DNA from: an uncultured Candidatus Saccharibacteria bacterium | Lineage (GTDB): Bacteria > Patescibacteriota > Minisyncoccia > Phycocordibacterales > UBA9973 | DNA length: 64,000 nucleotides | Direction of reading: 5' to 3' | Assembly: GCA_964423445.1 (NCBI GenBank) | Contig: CAYREQ010000004.1 | Location: forward strand, 2,700-66,699 | Part shown: positions 9,698 to 19,023 of the stretch, piece after piece | Position numbering within the stretch: position 1 is the first letter of the stretch | How the letters are laid out: every line of letters begins with the position of its first letter | Translations under genes and position numbers: made by a program | Notes under the pieces: generated by a model | What the model was told of the DNA's origin: nothing | Databases searched by the model: none | What the model saw: the letters and a program-made list of their open reading frames with translations, nothing else

Positions 9698-9968
9698 ATT
9701 CTATCATATATATCTCATGCTGAAAGCTTTTTTTGAGGTTTTACCAAAGTAGACAATATTTAAATATTCTGTTATACTAAAAACGTCTTAATTTAAAAAT
9801 TTATTTTCTTAATTTATAGTCGAGTTCACAAGAATATCCATATAATTATGAAGCACACAGGCAAAAATCTAGAAACTTTTTATCAAGCTCCCGCACTTGG
9901 CCGAAACAACTTTGTCAAAAAATCCATAAATATATAGTGGTACCTTCTTGTAAGCTTGAACCAAGCTT

Positions 9969-11501
9969 ATGAGTTTCACATTAACAACAATTTTAATAAG
10001 CGCACTCGCGCTTCTTTTAGGTGTAGGGATAGGATACTACTTACGTTTTATAATCGCTCTCGGAAAGAGACGCTCTATCGAGATAGACATCAAGCAAATG
10101 ATGGTCGGTGCAAAAGAAGAAGCACAAAAAATCACAGACGAAGCAAAGAAGTACTCTGAGAAGAAACTAGCTGAGTTGAAAGAAGAGGAAAAGAAAAAAG
10201 AACAAGAGTTTAAAGAAACAGAAAAAAGACTTATCAAAAAAGATGAGTTTTTAGACTCTAGACAGACAGAAATAGATAAAGAAATAGAGCACATAAAAAC
10301 GAAAGTTGAAGAAATAAAACAAATCAAAGAAAAAGTCTCAAACATAGAAGCAGAAAAGAGAGCTGAGCTTGAAAAAGTAGCAAAGTTATCTCAAGAAGAA
10401 GCTAAAGAAGAACTCTTGAAAGAAGTAGAGGTAAAGTACGAAGAAGATTTGATGGTTCGTATTCAAAAACTTGAAAATGGTAACGAGGAAAAATTGGAAC
10501 GCCGAGCAAAAGATATCTTGGCTACAAGCATCCAAAGACTAGCAAAGAGTACTGCAGCCGAGCTCATGACTACTGTGGTCTCAATACCAAACAATGAGAT
10601 AAAGGGTAAAATCATCGGAAAAGAAGGCCGAAATATCAGAGCTTTTGAAAGAGCTTCTGGTGTAGAATTGATAGTAGATGATACCCCGGGTTCAATTATT
10701 ATATCTTCATTTGACCCTATCAGACGCCAAGTGGCTCGCCTTGCACTTGAAAATCTAATCCTAGACGGAAGAATCCAACCAGCAAAGATCGAAGAATTGG
10801 TAGAAAAGGCAAAAGAAGAAATAAATAAAATAATCAAAGAAAAGGGTGAACAAGCAGTATACGAATGTGGAATATTCAACCTAGATCCACGCATCGTGGC
10901 TATCGTCGGTAGACTATACTTCCGTACGAGCTTTGGTCAAAACGTTTTGCAACACTCTACTGAGATGGCACACATTGCAGGTATGATGGCAGAAGAGCTC
11001 GGTGCTGATGTAGCCATAGCTAAAGCTGGAGCACTCGTACACGATATCGGAAAAGCTCTAGACCACGAAGTCCAAGGTACACACGTAGATATCGGTATGC
11101 GTATATTGCAGAAATTTGGAGCAGATGAACGCATAGTCACAGCTATGAAGAGTCACCACGAGGCTTATCCTTATGAGACAGTAGAGTCTATCATCGTGCA
11201 GACAGCAGATGCTATCTCTGGTGGACGCCCAGGAGCTCGTAGAGACTCAGTAGAGAACTATCTAAAGAGATTACAAGAGCTAGAAACTCTAGTAAATGCT
11301 TTCCCAGGAATAGAAAAATCATATGCCCTCCAAGCTGGACGTGAAATCCGTATATTCGTGACTCCAGAAAAAGTAAGTGATGCAGAAGCAAAGCTTATGG
11401 CTCGTGAAATTGCTATAAAAATAGAACAAGAACTCAAATATCCAGGCGAAATTAAGGTGACCATGATACGAGAGACAAAAGTCATCGAGTACGCTCGCTA
11501 A
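9969..11501 (+). CDS. rny: Ribonuclease Y
   Basis: N-terminal TM helix, a long KE-rich coiled coil, a KH domain (IIGKEGRNIRAFERASGVELIVDD) and an HD domain (HSTEMAHIAGMMAEELG...LVHDIGKA). Confidence 0.9.
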   Translation: MSFTLTTILISALALLLGVGIGYYLRFIIALGKRRSIEIDIKQMMVGAKEEAQKITDEAKKYSEKKLAELKEEEKKKEQEFKETEKRLIKKDEFLDSRQTEIDKEIEHIKTKVEEIKQIKEKVSNIEAEKRAELEKVAKLSQEEAKEELLKEVEVKYEEDLMVRIQKLENGNEEKLERRAKDILATSIQRLAKSTAAELMTTVVSIPNNEIKGKIIGKEGRNIRAFERASGVELIVDDTPGSIIISSFDPIRRQVARLALENLILDGRIQPAKIEELVEKAKEEINKIIKEKGEQAVYECGIFNLDPRIVAIVGRLYFRTSFGQNVLQHSTEMAHIAGMMAEELGADVAIAKAGALVHDIGKALDHEVQGTHVDIGMRILQKFGADERIVTAMKSHHEAYPYETVESIIVQTADAISGGRPGARRDSVENYLKRLQELETLVNAFPGIEKSYALQAGREIRIFVTPEKVSDAEAKLMAREIAIKIEQELKYPGEIKVTMIRETKVIEYAR

Positions 11502-11614
11502 AAATACTTCATTTATAAAAGACTTGCGTCAAAAAACCCTTACTATATAATAAGTAGGTATAGATTATATAAGTAAATTGGTCGAAATATTACAAGTTTT
11601 GTCTTAAAATTCAT

Positions 11615-11887
11615 ATGAATAAACAAGCATTAGCTGACTTAGTACACGGAAAATTAGGTGGTACAAAAGTACAAGCTGAAGAAGTCGTAGACGGTTTGTT
11701 TGATGCTATCATCGGTACTTTGAAAAAAGGTGGTGAAGTATCAATCGCTGGCTTCGGAATCTTTTCTGTGAAGTCTCGTGCAGCTCGTATGGCTCGTAAT
11801 CCAAAGACTGGAGAACAAGTCAAAGTAGCAGCAAAGAAAGTTCCAAAATTCCGACCTGCAAAAGGTTTGAAGGACGCAGTTGCATAA
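11615..11887 (+). CDS. hup: DNA-binding protein HU
   Basis: 90-aa HU/IHF fold. The GFGIFSVKSRAARMARNPKTGE arm motif is present. Confidence 0.85.
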   Translation: MNKQALADLVHGKLGGTKVQAEEVVDGLFDAIIGTLKKGGEVSIAGFGIFSVKSRAARMARNPKTGEQVKVAAKKVPKFRPAKGLKDAVA

Positions 11888-11922
11888 ATTTTTTATCTCG
11901 CGAGAAAAAAAATAGCAAAACA

Positions 11923-11950
11923 AAAAATCCCCTACTCGGGGATTTTTTGT
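11923..11950. terminator. Bidirectional rho-independent terminator between hup and lexA
   Basis: AAATCCCC-tactc-GGGGATTT hairpin with an A-run on one side and a T-run on the other. Confidence 0.6.
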
Positions 11951-11951
11951 T

Positions 11952-12518
11952 TTAATACTTTCTTATTACTGCTTTTAGGACGGCGACTATGTTGAGTGAA
12001 TGTTCTGGGTATATCGGGCTGTAGTTTTTATTTGCTGGCTCGAGCCATCTCTTGCCTCCTTTGTCTCGGAAATATTTCATAGTGAATTCTCCATCTACTT
12101 CGGCTATCACAATTTGCTTATCTTTGGCACTGTTTGCTCGCTCTACGAGCACCATATCTCCACGCTCTATATGTGCATCTATCATAGAGTCTCCATCTAC
12201 TTCGAGCATATAGGTGAGAGATTTATTTTTTACTAACATGTCATCCAAGTTCACAGTGTCGGCTAACTCTTCTTCTACAGTAGCTGGCAATCCGGCTGTC
12301 ACGAAACCAGCCATCTGAATTTCTCCGAATGATTCTGAGGGTATCAATCTACCCAAGTGATCTTTAGATACAAATCCTTCTTCTATCAATTTACCTACTA
12401 CTTTAAATACTGCGTTCTTGGACTTGAAACCAAAGAGCTTCATCATCTCCGAATACGTAGGCATCCTCTTATTCTGTGAAAAGAAAGATTCGATTTTTGT
12501 TTGATAGATAGTGCGCAT
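11952..12518 (-). CDS. lexA: LexA repressor (S24 peptidase)
   Basis: N-terminal wHTH, an Ala-Gly cleavage site (QMAGFV) and the S24 catalytic region (GDSM...Lys). Confidence 0.85.
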   Translation of the reverse strand: MRTIYQTKIESFFSQNKRMPTYSEMMKLFGFKSKNAVFKVVGKLIEEGFVSKDHLGRLIPSESFGEIQMAGFVTAGLPATVEEELADTVNLDDMLVKNKSLTYMLEVDGDSMIDAHIERGDMVLVERANSAKDKQIVIAEVDGEFTMKYFRDKGGKRWLEPANKNYSPIYPEHSLNIVAVLKAVIRKY

Positions 12519-12524
12519 TCTGTT

Positions 12525-12725
12525 TTAAAATTGAAGGCTAGAAAAAGTCGGGAAAAAACGATTGAAAAAAGTCTTTCTAGAATGATAGCGTACCTTTTGC
12601 AATAGTAGCTTGTGGTCTCTCGCCTCTTTGATATAAGACTCGCCTTGTAAGATTTTTAAATCAATCTTTTTGTTAATGTTTTGTATTTCTCTCTCTAGCA
12701 TTTTTAAATATTGTGATTGTGACAT
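12525..12725 (-). CDS. Small protein encoded between the SOS promoter and lexA
   Basis: 66-aa ORF whose stop lies 7 nt before the lexA start. It sits downstream of the LexA-box promoter and could equally be untranslated leader. Confidence 0.35.
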   Translation of the reverse strand: MSQSQYLKMLEREIQNINKKIDLKILQGESYIKEARDHKLLLQKVRYHSRKTFFNRFFPTFSSLQF

Positions 12726-12775
12726 ATATTTTATTGTTATTTTTTTTACTAAAAGCCCGACGTGGCTATGTAATT

Positions 12776-12804
12776 ATTATAAGTGAACGAGCGTTCACTA
12801 TCAA
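12776..12804 (-). promoter_or_regulatory. Sigma70-type promoter (TTGATA-17-TATAAT) whose spacer is the LexA (SOS) box GTGAACGAGCGTTCAC
   Basis: On the minus strand, TTGATA-gtgaacgctcgttcact-TATAAT. The spacer holds a perfect GAAC-N4-GTTC palindrome (Gram-positive Cheo-box type) about 45 nt upstream of the small ORF and lexA. Confidence 0.55.
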
Positions 12805-12831
12805 CAATATATATGTGGAAAACTCTAAAAG

Positions 12832-13692
12832 CTATTTTAGCCTTGTAGGATCAGAGCGCATTCGGAGGTTTTCATTCAAGCCATCTAATACTTTCATGTC
12901 TTCTGGTGATAGTTCGAAATCAAAGATATTTATATTTTCTTCTATGCGTTCTTTTCTAGTAGATTTTGGTATCGTAATCCATCCATGCTGTAAATCCCAA
13001 CGCAATAAAACCTGCGCGGAGCTTTTACCATATTTCTGTGCAATTTCTACTATTGCTGGTGTATCGAGCCTCGCTCCGTGCACGAGAGGTGAGTGAGCTT
13101 CTACTGCTATTTTGTTTTGTTCACAATAATTTATAAGTTCTGGATTATATAAAAATGGGTGTAGCTCTATTTGGTTTACTGCCGGCATCATCTTGACATA
13201 ATCTTTCATCTCTTCCAAATGATTTATCATATAATTTGATACACCGATAGCTTTGGCTTTTCCAGATTTATAAATCTCTTCCATCGCCCTCCATGTATCT
13301 TCTCTTTTATTTATACTTTCAAAAAGTACTCTATCCCCGCTCGCAGTCGGCCAATGGACTAAATATAAATCTATATAATCCATGCCGAGTTTTGCCAGAG
13401 ATTCATCAAAGGCTTTTAATGTAGTCTCGTAGCCTTGGTCTGTATTCCAGAGTTTTGTCGTCACAAATATTTCTTCCCTAGGTACTCCACTCTCTCGTAT
13501 AGCCTTCCCCACTCCTTCTTCGTTCTCATAAACTTTTGCTGTGTCTATAGAGCGATACCCAGCACCGAGAGCCCACTTTACAGCATTGATGACTTCCGCC
13601 CCTTCTTTTTCTTTGAATACGCCAAAGCCAATCACCGGCATTTCTACACCATTGTTTAAAACTATCTTTGAATTTTTGTTTAAATTTTGCAT
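12832..13692 (-). CDS. Aldo/keto reductase (2,5-diketo-D-gluconate reductase-like)
   Basis: AKR signatures including LNNGVEMPVIGFGV, GYRSIDTAKVYENEEGVG and IPKSTRKERIEEN. Confidence 0.85.
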   Translation of the reverse strand: MQNLNKNSKIVLNNGVEMPVIGFGVFKEKEGAEVINAVKWALGAGYRSIDTAKVYENEEGVGKAIRESGVPREEIFVTTKLWNTDQGYETTLKAFDESLAKLGMDYIDLYLVHWPTASGDRVLFESINKREDTWRAMEEIYKSGKAKAIGVSNYMINHLEEMKDYVKMMPAVNQIELHPFLYNPELINYCEQNKIAVEAHSPLVHGARLDTPAIVEIAQKYGKSSAQVLLRWDLQHGWITIPKSTRKERIEENINIFDFELSPEDMKVLDGLNENLRMRSDPTRLK

Positions 13693-13693
13693 G

Positions 13694-14293
13694 TTAATTT
13701 TCTAGAGGTTTAAATAAATCTTCTAATTCTTTTTTCTTTTTGGGGTCCAGCTTAGCTTCAAGAAATTTTATGATAACTTCTTTTTCAGCAAAATACACTT
13801 TTTCGTCTGTTGCGGTATCTATAAGCTCATCTAAGGTCATTGGTAACAGTTTTATTTTCTCTCCGCCGTCCAAATCCATTTCGGCAACTTTCTTTAAACC
13901 TTTAGCAACAAATGTATATACTACCCAATCGACTTTACCGACAGGGTGTTGGGAATCCCACAATACATATTCTTCTGCCTCATAACCACTTTCTTCTAAT
14001 AATTCTCTTTTCGCTGCGGTAAGTATATCCTCCCCTTCATCTACCCTGCCACCAGTAGCTCCTATAAATGGCTCGCTTTTGCCAGGTTGTTCTTGCTCTG
14101 TTAAAATAATTTTCCCGTCAGGTAATACAGGAAAAACTACAACTGTATCTGGGCGTTTTACTTTTTCAAAAGTTCTTTTTGTGCCATCATACATGTCTTC
14201 TTCCCATTGATAAGTATCAAACAAAATACCCTTGAATACTCTCTTGGCATGATCTGGTATTTCTTGATTTGCTTTTGGTCTTTTTATTTCCAT
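13694..14293 (-). CDS. Nudix hydrolase (ADP-ribose pyrophosphatase-like)
   Basis: Nudix box GGRVDEGEDILTAAKRELLEESGY. Confidence 0.75.
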   Translation of the reverse strand: MEIKRPKANQEIPDHAKRVFKGILFDTYQWEEDMYDGTKRTFEKVKRPDTVVVFPVLPDGKIILTEQEQPGKSEPFIGATGGRVDEGEDILTAAKRELLEESGYEAEEYVLWDSQHPVGKVDWVVYTFVAKGLKKVAEMDLDGGEKIKLLPMTLDELIDTATDEKVYFAEKEVIIKFLEAKLDPKKKKELEDLFKPLEN

Positions 14294-14307
14294 CGCTGTA
14301 TTATAAC

Positions 14308-14877
14308 CTAGTTTTTGTTTGTAGATAAATAATCTAATAATTTCTTATATTCATCTATGTGTGGAGTCACTGTATTATCATCTCCTTTTGCCATTTTTTC
14401 GAGATCTGCTATTTTTATCCATTTTGTCTCTGACACTTCTTCTTTTGCCAACTTCAGGTCTTCAATAGAGACATCCAAATGTACTAAATAAATATCATTT
14501 AGTGCATTCTCTTTATGGATATATTCCCCATTATCAAAAACAGCATTCTCTCTTACGGTAAATAAATATTCAAAATTATCTAAAGGTAGATAAAGACCGA
14601 GCTCTTCCATCATCTCCATCTGTGCTGCTTCGAGGCTAGACTGCTCACTGTTTACATGACCCGTAGCAGACACGTCCCACTTCTCAGGAAAAACAGCTAC
14701 TTCTTTTGATCTTTTCTGTAAAAGAAATTCACCATTTTTATTCATGAGCCACACATGCACTGTCAGGTGCAGCAAGCCATTTTTATGTATTTCAGTATAC
14801 CCTTTTATCTCACCTGTTTTTTCTTTATTTTCATCTATGATATCTAAATCATCGTCTGTCTCTTTGTATTTTTCCAT
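14308..14877 (-). CDS. Nudix-family hydrolase (isopentenyl-diphosphate-isomerase-like variant)
   Basis: Degenerate Nudix box GHVNSEQSSLEAAQMEMMEELGL. Confidence 0.55.
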   Translation of the reverse strand: MEKYKETDDDLDIIDENKEKTGEIKGYTEIHKNGLLHLTVHVWLMNKNGEFLLQKRSKEVAVFPEKWDVSATGHVNSEQSSLEAAQMEMMEELGLYLPLDNFEYLFTVRENAVFDNGEYIHKENALNDIYLVHLDVSIEDLKLAKEEVSETKWIKIADLEKMAKGDDNTVTPHIDEYKKLLDYLSTNKN

Positions 14878-14898
14878 TTAGCAAGTATATCAAAAATT

Positions 14899-16464
14899 TT
14901 ATATATTTTCTTTTGGTCTATATTGTATAGCTTCTAGTATGTGTTTGCTCTCTATGTTTTCTGAGTTCTCCAAATCAGCTATCGTCCGAGCCAATTTTAT
15001 GACTCTGTGATAGGCACGTGCTGAAAGACCGAGTCTTTCAGCACTATCGTCTAGCATATCTCGCACTTCTTTTTTTAGTTTTACAATGTTACTCAAATCT
15101 TTTACATTCATTTCACTATTAGTCCTGATTTTTTTACCCATTTTTTCAAATCTATCTCTCTGAATTTCTCTTGCTCTTTTCACCCTATTCTTTATGACTT
15201 CACTTTTTTCTCCGCTACTTTCACCACCCAATTTTTTATAATCAATATTACCCACAGACACCCAGATATCAATACGATCCATTATCGGACCTGACAATTT
15301 TCTCTTGTATCTATCGAGATCTGAAGGTTTACAAATACAAGCTTTTTGTTTATTCCCAGTATTCCCACAAGGGCAAGGGTTCATGGCTGCGACTAGTATA
15401 AAGTTTGAAGGAAAAATAGCCGAACCTTTAGCTCGAGATATAGATACGATATTATCTTCGAGTGGCTGACGCAGAGACTCTATGACCCTCTTTTCAAATT
15501 CTGGAAATTCATCTAGAAACAATACTCCGCGATGCGCCAGAGTAACCTCACCTGGCTTTGGATAAGTACCTCCACCTATCAGTGAAACATATGATGCAGT
15601 GTGATGTGGAGCACGAAATGGTGGGTAACAGACTAACTCACCGAGTACATTTCCAGCGACAGAGTGAATACCTGTGATTTCTAGTACTTCTTCGGTGGAC
15701 AAGTCTGGGAGTAAGCCTGAAAACACACGAGCTAGCATGGTCTTTCCTGTGCCCGGTGGACCATACATAGCAATATTGTGCCCACCCGCAGCTGCTATTT
15801 CCAAACCACGTTTTGCAGTCTCTTGCCCACGAATATCCGAAAAGTCTCCACCTTTATTTTCACCACTTCTGTTGTAAACAATCTCAGTTTGTGGCTGTAA
15901 TGGAATCTTTTTATTTATTTTTTCTTTGTCTTGTAAATTCTTTGGTGTCGTATCTAGATGCTCTATCACTTCTTTTAGATTATTTGCTCCAAAAACTTTT
16001 ATTCCACTTATGAGTGCCGCTTCTACAGCATTTTCTTTTGGCAGATATATTTCCTCAAATCCTTGTCTTTGAGCCTCTTCAGCTAGTGGCAAAGCTCCGC
16101 GAATACCACGCAATGTGCCGTCGAGTCCGAGCTCTCCTAAAAATATTTTTTTATCAGAGTTAAATTTTATTTCTCCCGCAGAGAGTAGGTAAGCCACAGC
16201 GATAGCTAAATCAAAAAATGGTCCCTCTTTTTTGAGCCCTGCTGGCGAAAGAGAAACCACTATTTTTTGATTTTTAGCTTTTGGAGATTTAAAACCAGAG
16301 TTTTTTATAGCACCACTGACTCGGTCCTTGGATTCATCTACGGCTTTATCAGGCAGACCTACTACACTAAAAGTGTGTAAGCCTTTAGATAAATCTACTT
16401 CTATGGTAACGATAGAACCCTTTAATAAATTTACTTGTGCAGAATAGACTTTTGCAAAGCTCAT
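14899..16464 (-). CDS. comM: YifB/ComM-family Mg-chelatase-like AAA+ ATPase
   Basis: N-terminal Lon-like domain, Walker A GPPGTGKT and Walker B VLFLDEFPEF. The overall 520-aa architecture fits the family. Confidence 0.8.
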   Translation of the reverse strand: MSFAKVYSAQVNLLKGSIVTIEVDLSKGLHTFSVVGLPDKAVDESKDRVSGAIKNSGFKSPKAKNQKIVVSLSPAGLKKEGPFFDLAIAVAYLLSAGEIKFNSDKKIFLGELGLDGTLRGIRGALPLAEEAQRQGFEEIYLPKENAVEAALISGIKVFGANNLKEVIEHLDTTPKNLQDKEKINKKIPLQPQTEIVYNRSGENKGGDFSDIRGQETAKRGLEIAAAGGHNIAMYGPPGTGKTMLARVFSGLLPDLSTEEVLEITGIHSVAGNVLGELVCYPPFRAPHHTASYVSLIGGGTYPKPGEVTLAHRGVLFLDEFPEFEKRVIESLRQPLEDNIVSISRAKGSAIFPSNFILVAAMNPCPCGNTGNKQKACICKPSDLDRYKRKLSGPIMDRIDIWVSVGNIDYKKLGGESSGEKSEVIKNRVKRAREIQRDRFEKMGKKIRTNSEMNVKDLSNIVKLKKEVRDMLDDSAERLGLSARAYHRVIKLARTIADLENSENIESKHILEAIQYRPKENI

Positions 16465-16531
16465 ATATAAAGTTAAAAATTTATAAAGCTACAATGTTAA
16501 AAGTATACTTTAAAAATTCAACTTTATACTT

Positions 16532-16888
16532 TTAACTCTCAAGATGTTTTTTACAAGTCCGCGCAGCTGGATTTGCTTCCATGCGAGCCACCTCTATATC
16601 TTTTTTACATACTTCACACTTACCAAAAGAATCTCTGTTTAGTCCTTTGAGTGCTTTCAAAATTAAATTTAGTCTAGGCTCCAAAGTTTTAATCATAGAG
16701 CTTCGTGCTTCAAAATCTTCAAACCTGTCTGCTTTATCATTTTCATCAGCTTGTGGAGCACTTATTTCTTCTGGAGTTGCTTGCCACTCACCTGTCTCTG
16801 GATCAAGCTTGCCCATATCACCAAGCTCACTCAAGAGCATGTCTCGTTCTTTTTCTAATTTTTCTTTTATTTTTTTCTTGTCTAACAT
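16532..16888 (-). CDS. DksA/TraR-family C4 zinc-finger protein
   Basis: Coiled-coil N-terminus and a C-terminal CxxC-x17-CxxH-type finger (CEVCKKDIEVARMEANPAARTCKKH). Confidence 0.65.
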   Translation of the reverse strand: MLDKKKIKEKLEKERDMLLSELGDMGKLDPETGEWQATPEEISAPQADENDKADRFEDFEARSSMIKTLEPRLNLILKALKGLNRDSFGKCEVCKKDIEVARMEANPAARTCKKHLES

Positions 16889-16943
16889 GCACCAATCATA
16901 GCATTTTAATTTTGCATAGCAAGTGCTATACTCATGAATACTT

Positions 16944-18008
16944 ATGTTTTACAAACACAATGACAATTACACAGTAGAATCAGTGACTTCTGGCCACCCA
17001 GACAAAGTCTGTGACCAGATTTCAGATGCTATATTAGACGCTTATCTAGCTCTAGATCCAAAGAGTCGCGTAGCTGTAGAAGTGTTTGGTGGACATGGCA
17101 AACTCGTAATCGGTGGTGAAGTAACTTCATCAGGCAAAGTAGATTATGTAAAAATTGCACGTGACGTTTACAAAGAAATCGGTTATACAGATGAATTGGA
17201 AATCTCTGCGCACATAGTAGAGCAATCACCTGATATTGCGATGGGTGTAGACACTGGCGGAGCTGGAGACCAAGGCATCATGTATGGTTTTGCTACAAAT
17301 GAAACACCGGAATATTTACCCAAGGGTGTCGTGCTCGCTCACAAACTCGCAAAGAATTTAGAAGAGAAAAGAAGAAGTGGAGAAATGAGTTGGCTCGGCC
17401 CAGATGGCAAGACTCAAGTCACTTATTCAAATGGAAAATTAAATACTGTGCTAATCAGTACTCAGCACTCGGCTAAAATTTCTCTCGAAGAAGTCACCAA
17501 AGAAATTACTGAAAAAATAATTCATCCCCTATTGTCTGATGAAGAAAAAAATTCTATAAAAATATTAGTAAACCCTACAGGTAAATTTATTGCTGGAGGT
17601 TTTGAAGCAGATACAGGCCTCACCGGTAGAAAAATAATGGTGGATACTTATGGTGGACTCATTCCCCATGGTGGTGGATGTTTCTCTGGAAAAGATTCTA
17701 CAAAAGTAGATCGCTCTGGGGCATATATGGCACGCTTTGTAGCCAAAAATCTTGTAGCGAGTGGCTATGGCAAAGAAGTCCTCGTATCTGTAGCTTATGC
17801 TATCGGTATGGCTGAACCACTTATGATAGAAGCTATAAATGAAAAAGGCGAAGATTTGGCACCGATAGTACGAAAGAATTTTGACTTCAAACCACTGTCT
17901 ATCATAGAACGCCTAGGTTTAAGAAATCCCATATTTAAACAAACAGCAAAATACGGCCACTTTGGAAAAGATGGACTCCCTTGGGAAAAAATTGAAACTA
18001 TTAAATAA
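16944..18008 (+). CDS. metK: S-adenosylmethionine synthetase
   Basis: N-terminal SVTSGHPDKVCDQISDAILD plus GGAGDQGIMYGFATNETPE and the C-terminal domain. At 354 aa it is slightly short. Confidence 0.85.
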   Translation: MFYKHNDNYTVESVTSGHPDKVCDQISDAILDAYLALDPKSRVAVEVFGGHGKLVIGGEVTSSGKVDYVKIARDVYKEIGYTDELEISAHIVEQSPDIAMGVDTGGAGDQGIMYGFATNETPEYLPKGVVLAHKLAKNLEEKRRSGEMSWLGPDGKTQVTYSNGKLNTVLISTQHSAKISLEEVTKEITEKIIHPLLSDEEKNSIKILVNPTGKFIAGGFEADTGLTGRKIMVDTYGGLIPHGGGCFSGKDSTKVDRSGAYMARFVAKNLVASGYGKEVLVSVAYAIGMAEPLMIEAINEKGEDLAPIVRKNFDFKPLSIIERLGLRNPIFKQTAKYGHFGKDGLPWEKIETIK

Positions 18009-18011
18009 AAA

Positions 18012-18449
18012 ATGAAAGAAGGGATTACAAGAGAAGAAAAATCATTTGGAATAATTCCATTTATTCGTACCCAAGAAGCATACTTATTTTTAATAGTAAG
18101 AAGTGCAAAAAATAATCATTGGGGATTCCCAAAAGGACGCGAAGAAACAAATGAAACCCCACTGGATGTAGCAAAAAGAGAATTAAAAGAAGAAGTGGGA
18201 ATAGAAGAATATAAAATCATAGATTCCCCTGTTTTTTCTGAAGAATATTTTTTTGATGATAGAGAAACACCTTGTCATAAAGTTGTAAAATATTTTTTAG
18301 GAGAAATCCAAGAACAAAAAATCACACTGGATCCAAAAGAAATTTCTGAATACAAATTGGAAATATACGAAAAAACACTATCGACTTTGAGTCATCCTGA
18401 ATCTAAAAAAATCTTGCAAGAGGCATATAATTTTCTAAAAAGTAATTAA
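18012..18449 (+). CDS. Nudix hydrolase
   Basis: Nudix box GFPKGREETNETPLDVAKRELKEEVGI. Confidence 0.7.
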   Translation: MKEGITREEKSFGIIPFIRTQEAYLFLIVRSAKNNHWGFPKGREETNETPLDVAKRELKEEVGIEEYKIIDSPVFSEEYFFDDRETPCHKVVKYFLGEIQEQKITLDPKEISEYKLEIYEKTLSTLSHPESKKILQEAYNFLKSN

Positions 18450-18874
18450 TCTCTTTTGGGAAAGAAAAGCACTATATGCTTTTCTGCTTCATCCTTATTT
18501 ATTGGTCTGTGTATAATATTTTTATTATATTTTTCTTCTATGGGAACTATATTTTTAAAAGAAAATCTAATCGTATCTTTCTCACATAAAAAGCTTTTTG
18601 TATTTTCTCCACATAACTTATAAAGCTTATCTACGGCATCTTCTGTTTCAACCACCACAGCCAAGACCTCTTTACCTAATAAATAATCTTTTGTTTTTTC
18701 TAAGTTCTCTCCACTAATTCCTGGATACAATCCTTCTATGTGTTTTTTGGTAATTTTTGTTGTCCTCCATTCAATTATTGGAATTCCAGCATCTTCAACC
18801 ATGCTCATAATTCTTTCCTTGAAAGGTACTGCTTCTGGTTTTATTATAAACATTGATTTTTCTATAGGGCTCAT
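18446..18874 (-). CDS. Nucleoside diphosphate kinase-like protein
   Basis: NDK-like blocks FIIKPEAV, VLAVVVETEDAV and NIIHRP (His in the catalytic position). Several canonical NDK residues are diverged. Confidence 0.5.
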   Translation of the reverse strand: MSPIEKSMFIIKPEAVPFKERIMSMVEDAGIPIIEWRTTKITKKHIEGLYPGISGENLEKTKDYLLGKEVLAVVVETEDAVDKLYKLCGENTKSFLCEKDTIRFSFKNIVPIEEKYNKNIIHRPINKDEAEKHIVLFFPKRD

Positions 18875-19023
18875 GAGTGAATTATACTACTTTTTTATAG
18901 GTATTTGTAAAATAAGAAAAATTTAGAAGCTAAATAAATAAAATAAAGAATTGTCAAACAAAAAATACCTTAGCCACAGTAAAATATAAACTATGGAATG
19001 AATTAATGGTACAATAAATCTAT

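Noticed and set aside
9956-10159. 67-aa + strand ORF overlapping the rny start
   Set aside because: It is an out-of-frame overlap with the well-supported RNase Y N-terminal TM helix and is Arg-rich low complexity. It is spurious.
16944-18008. metK as a truncated pseudogene (354 aa versus about 385-400)
   Set aside because: Both the N-terminal GHPDK and central GGAGDQG motifs and the C-terminal domain are present in frame. It is more likely a compact orthologue than a pseudogene.
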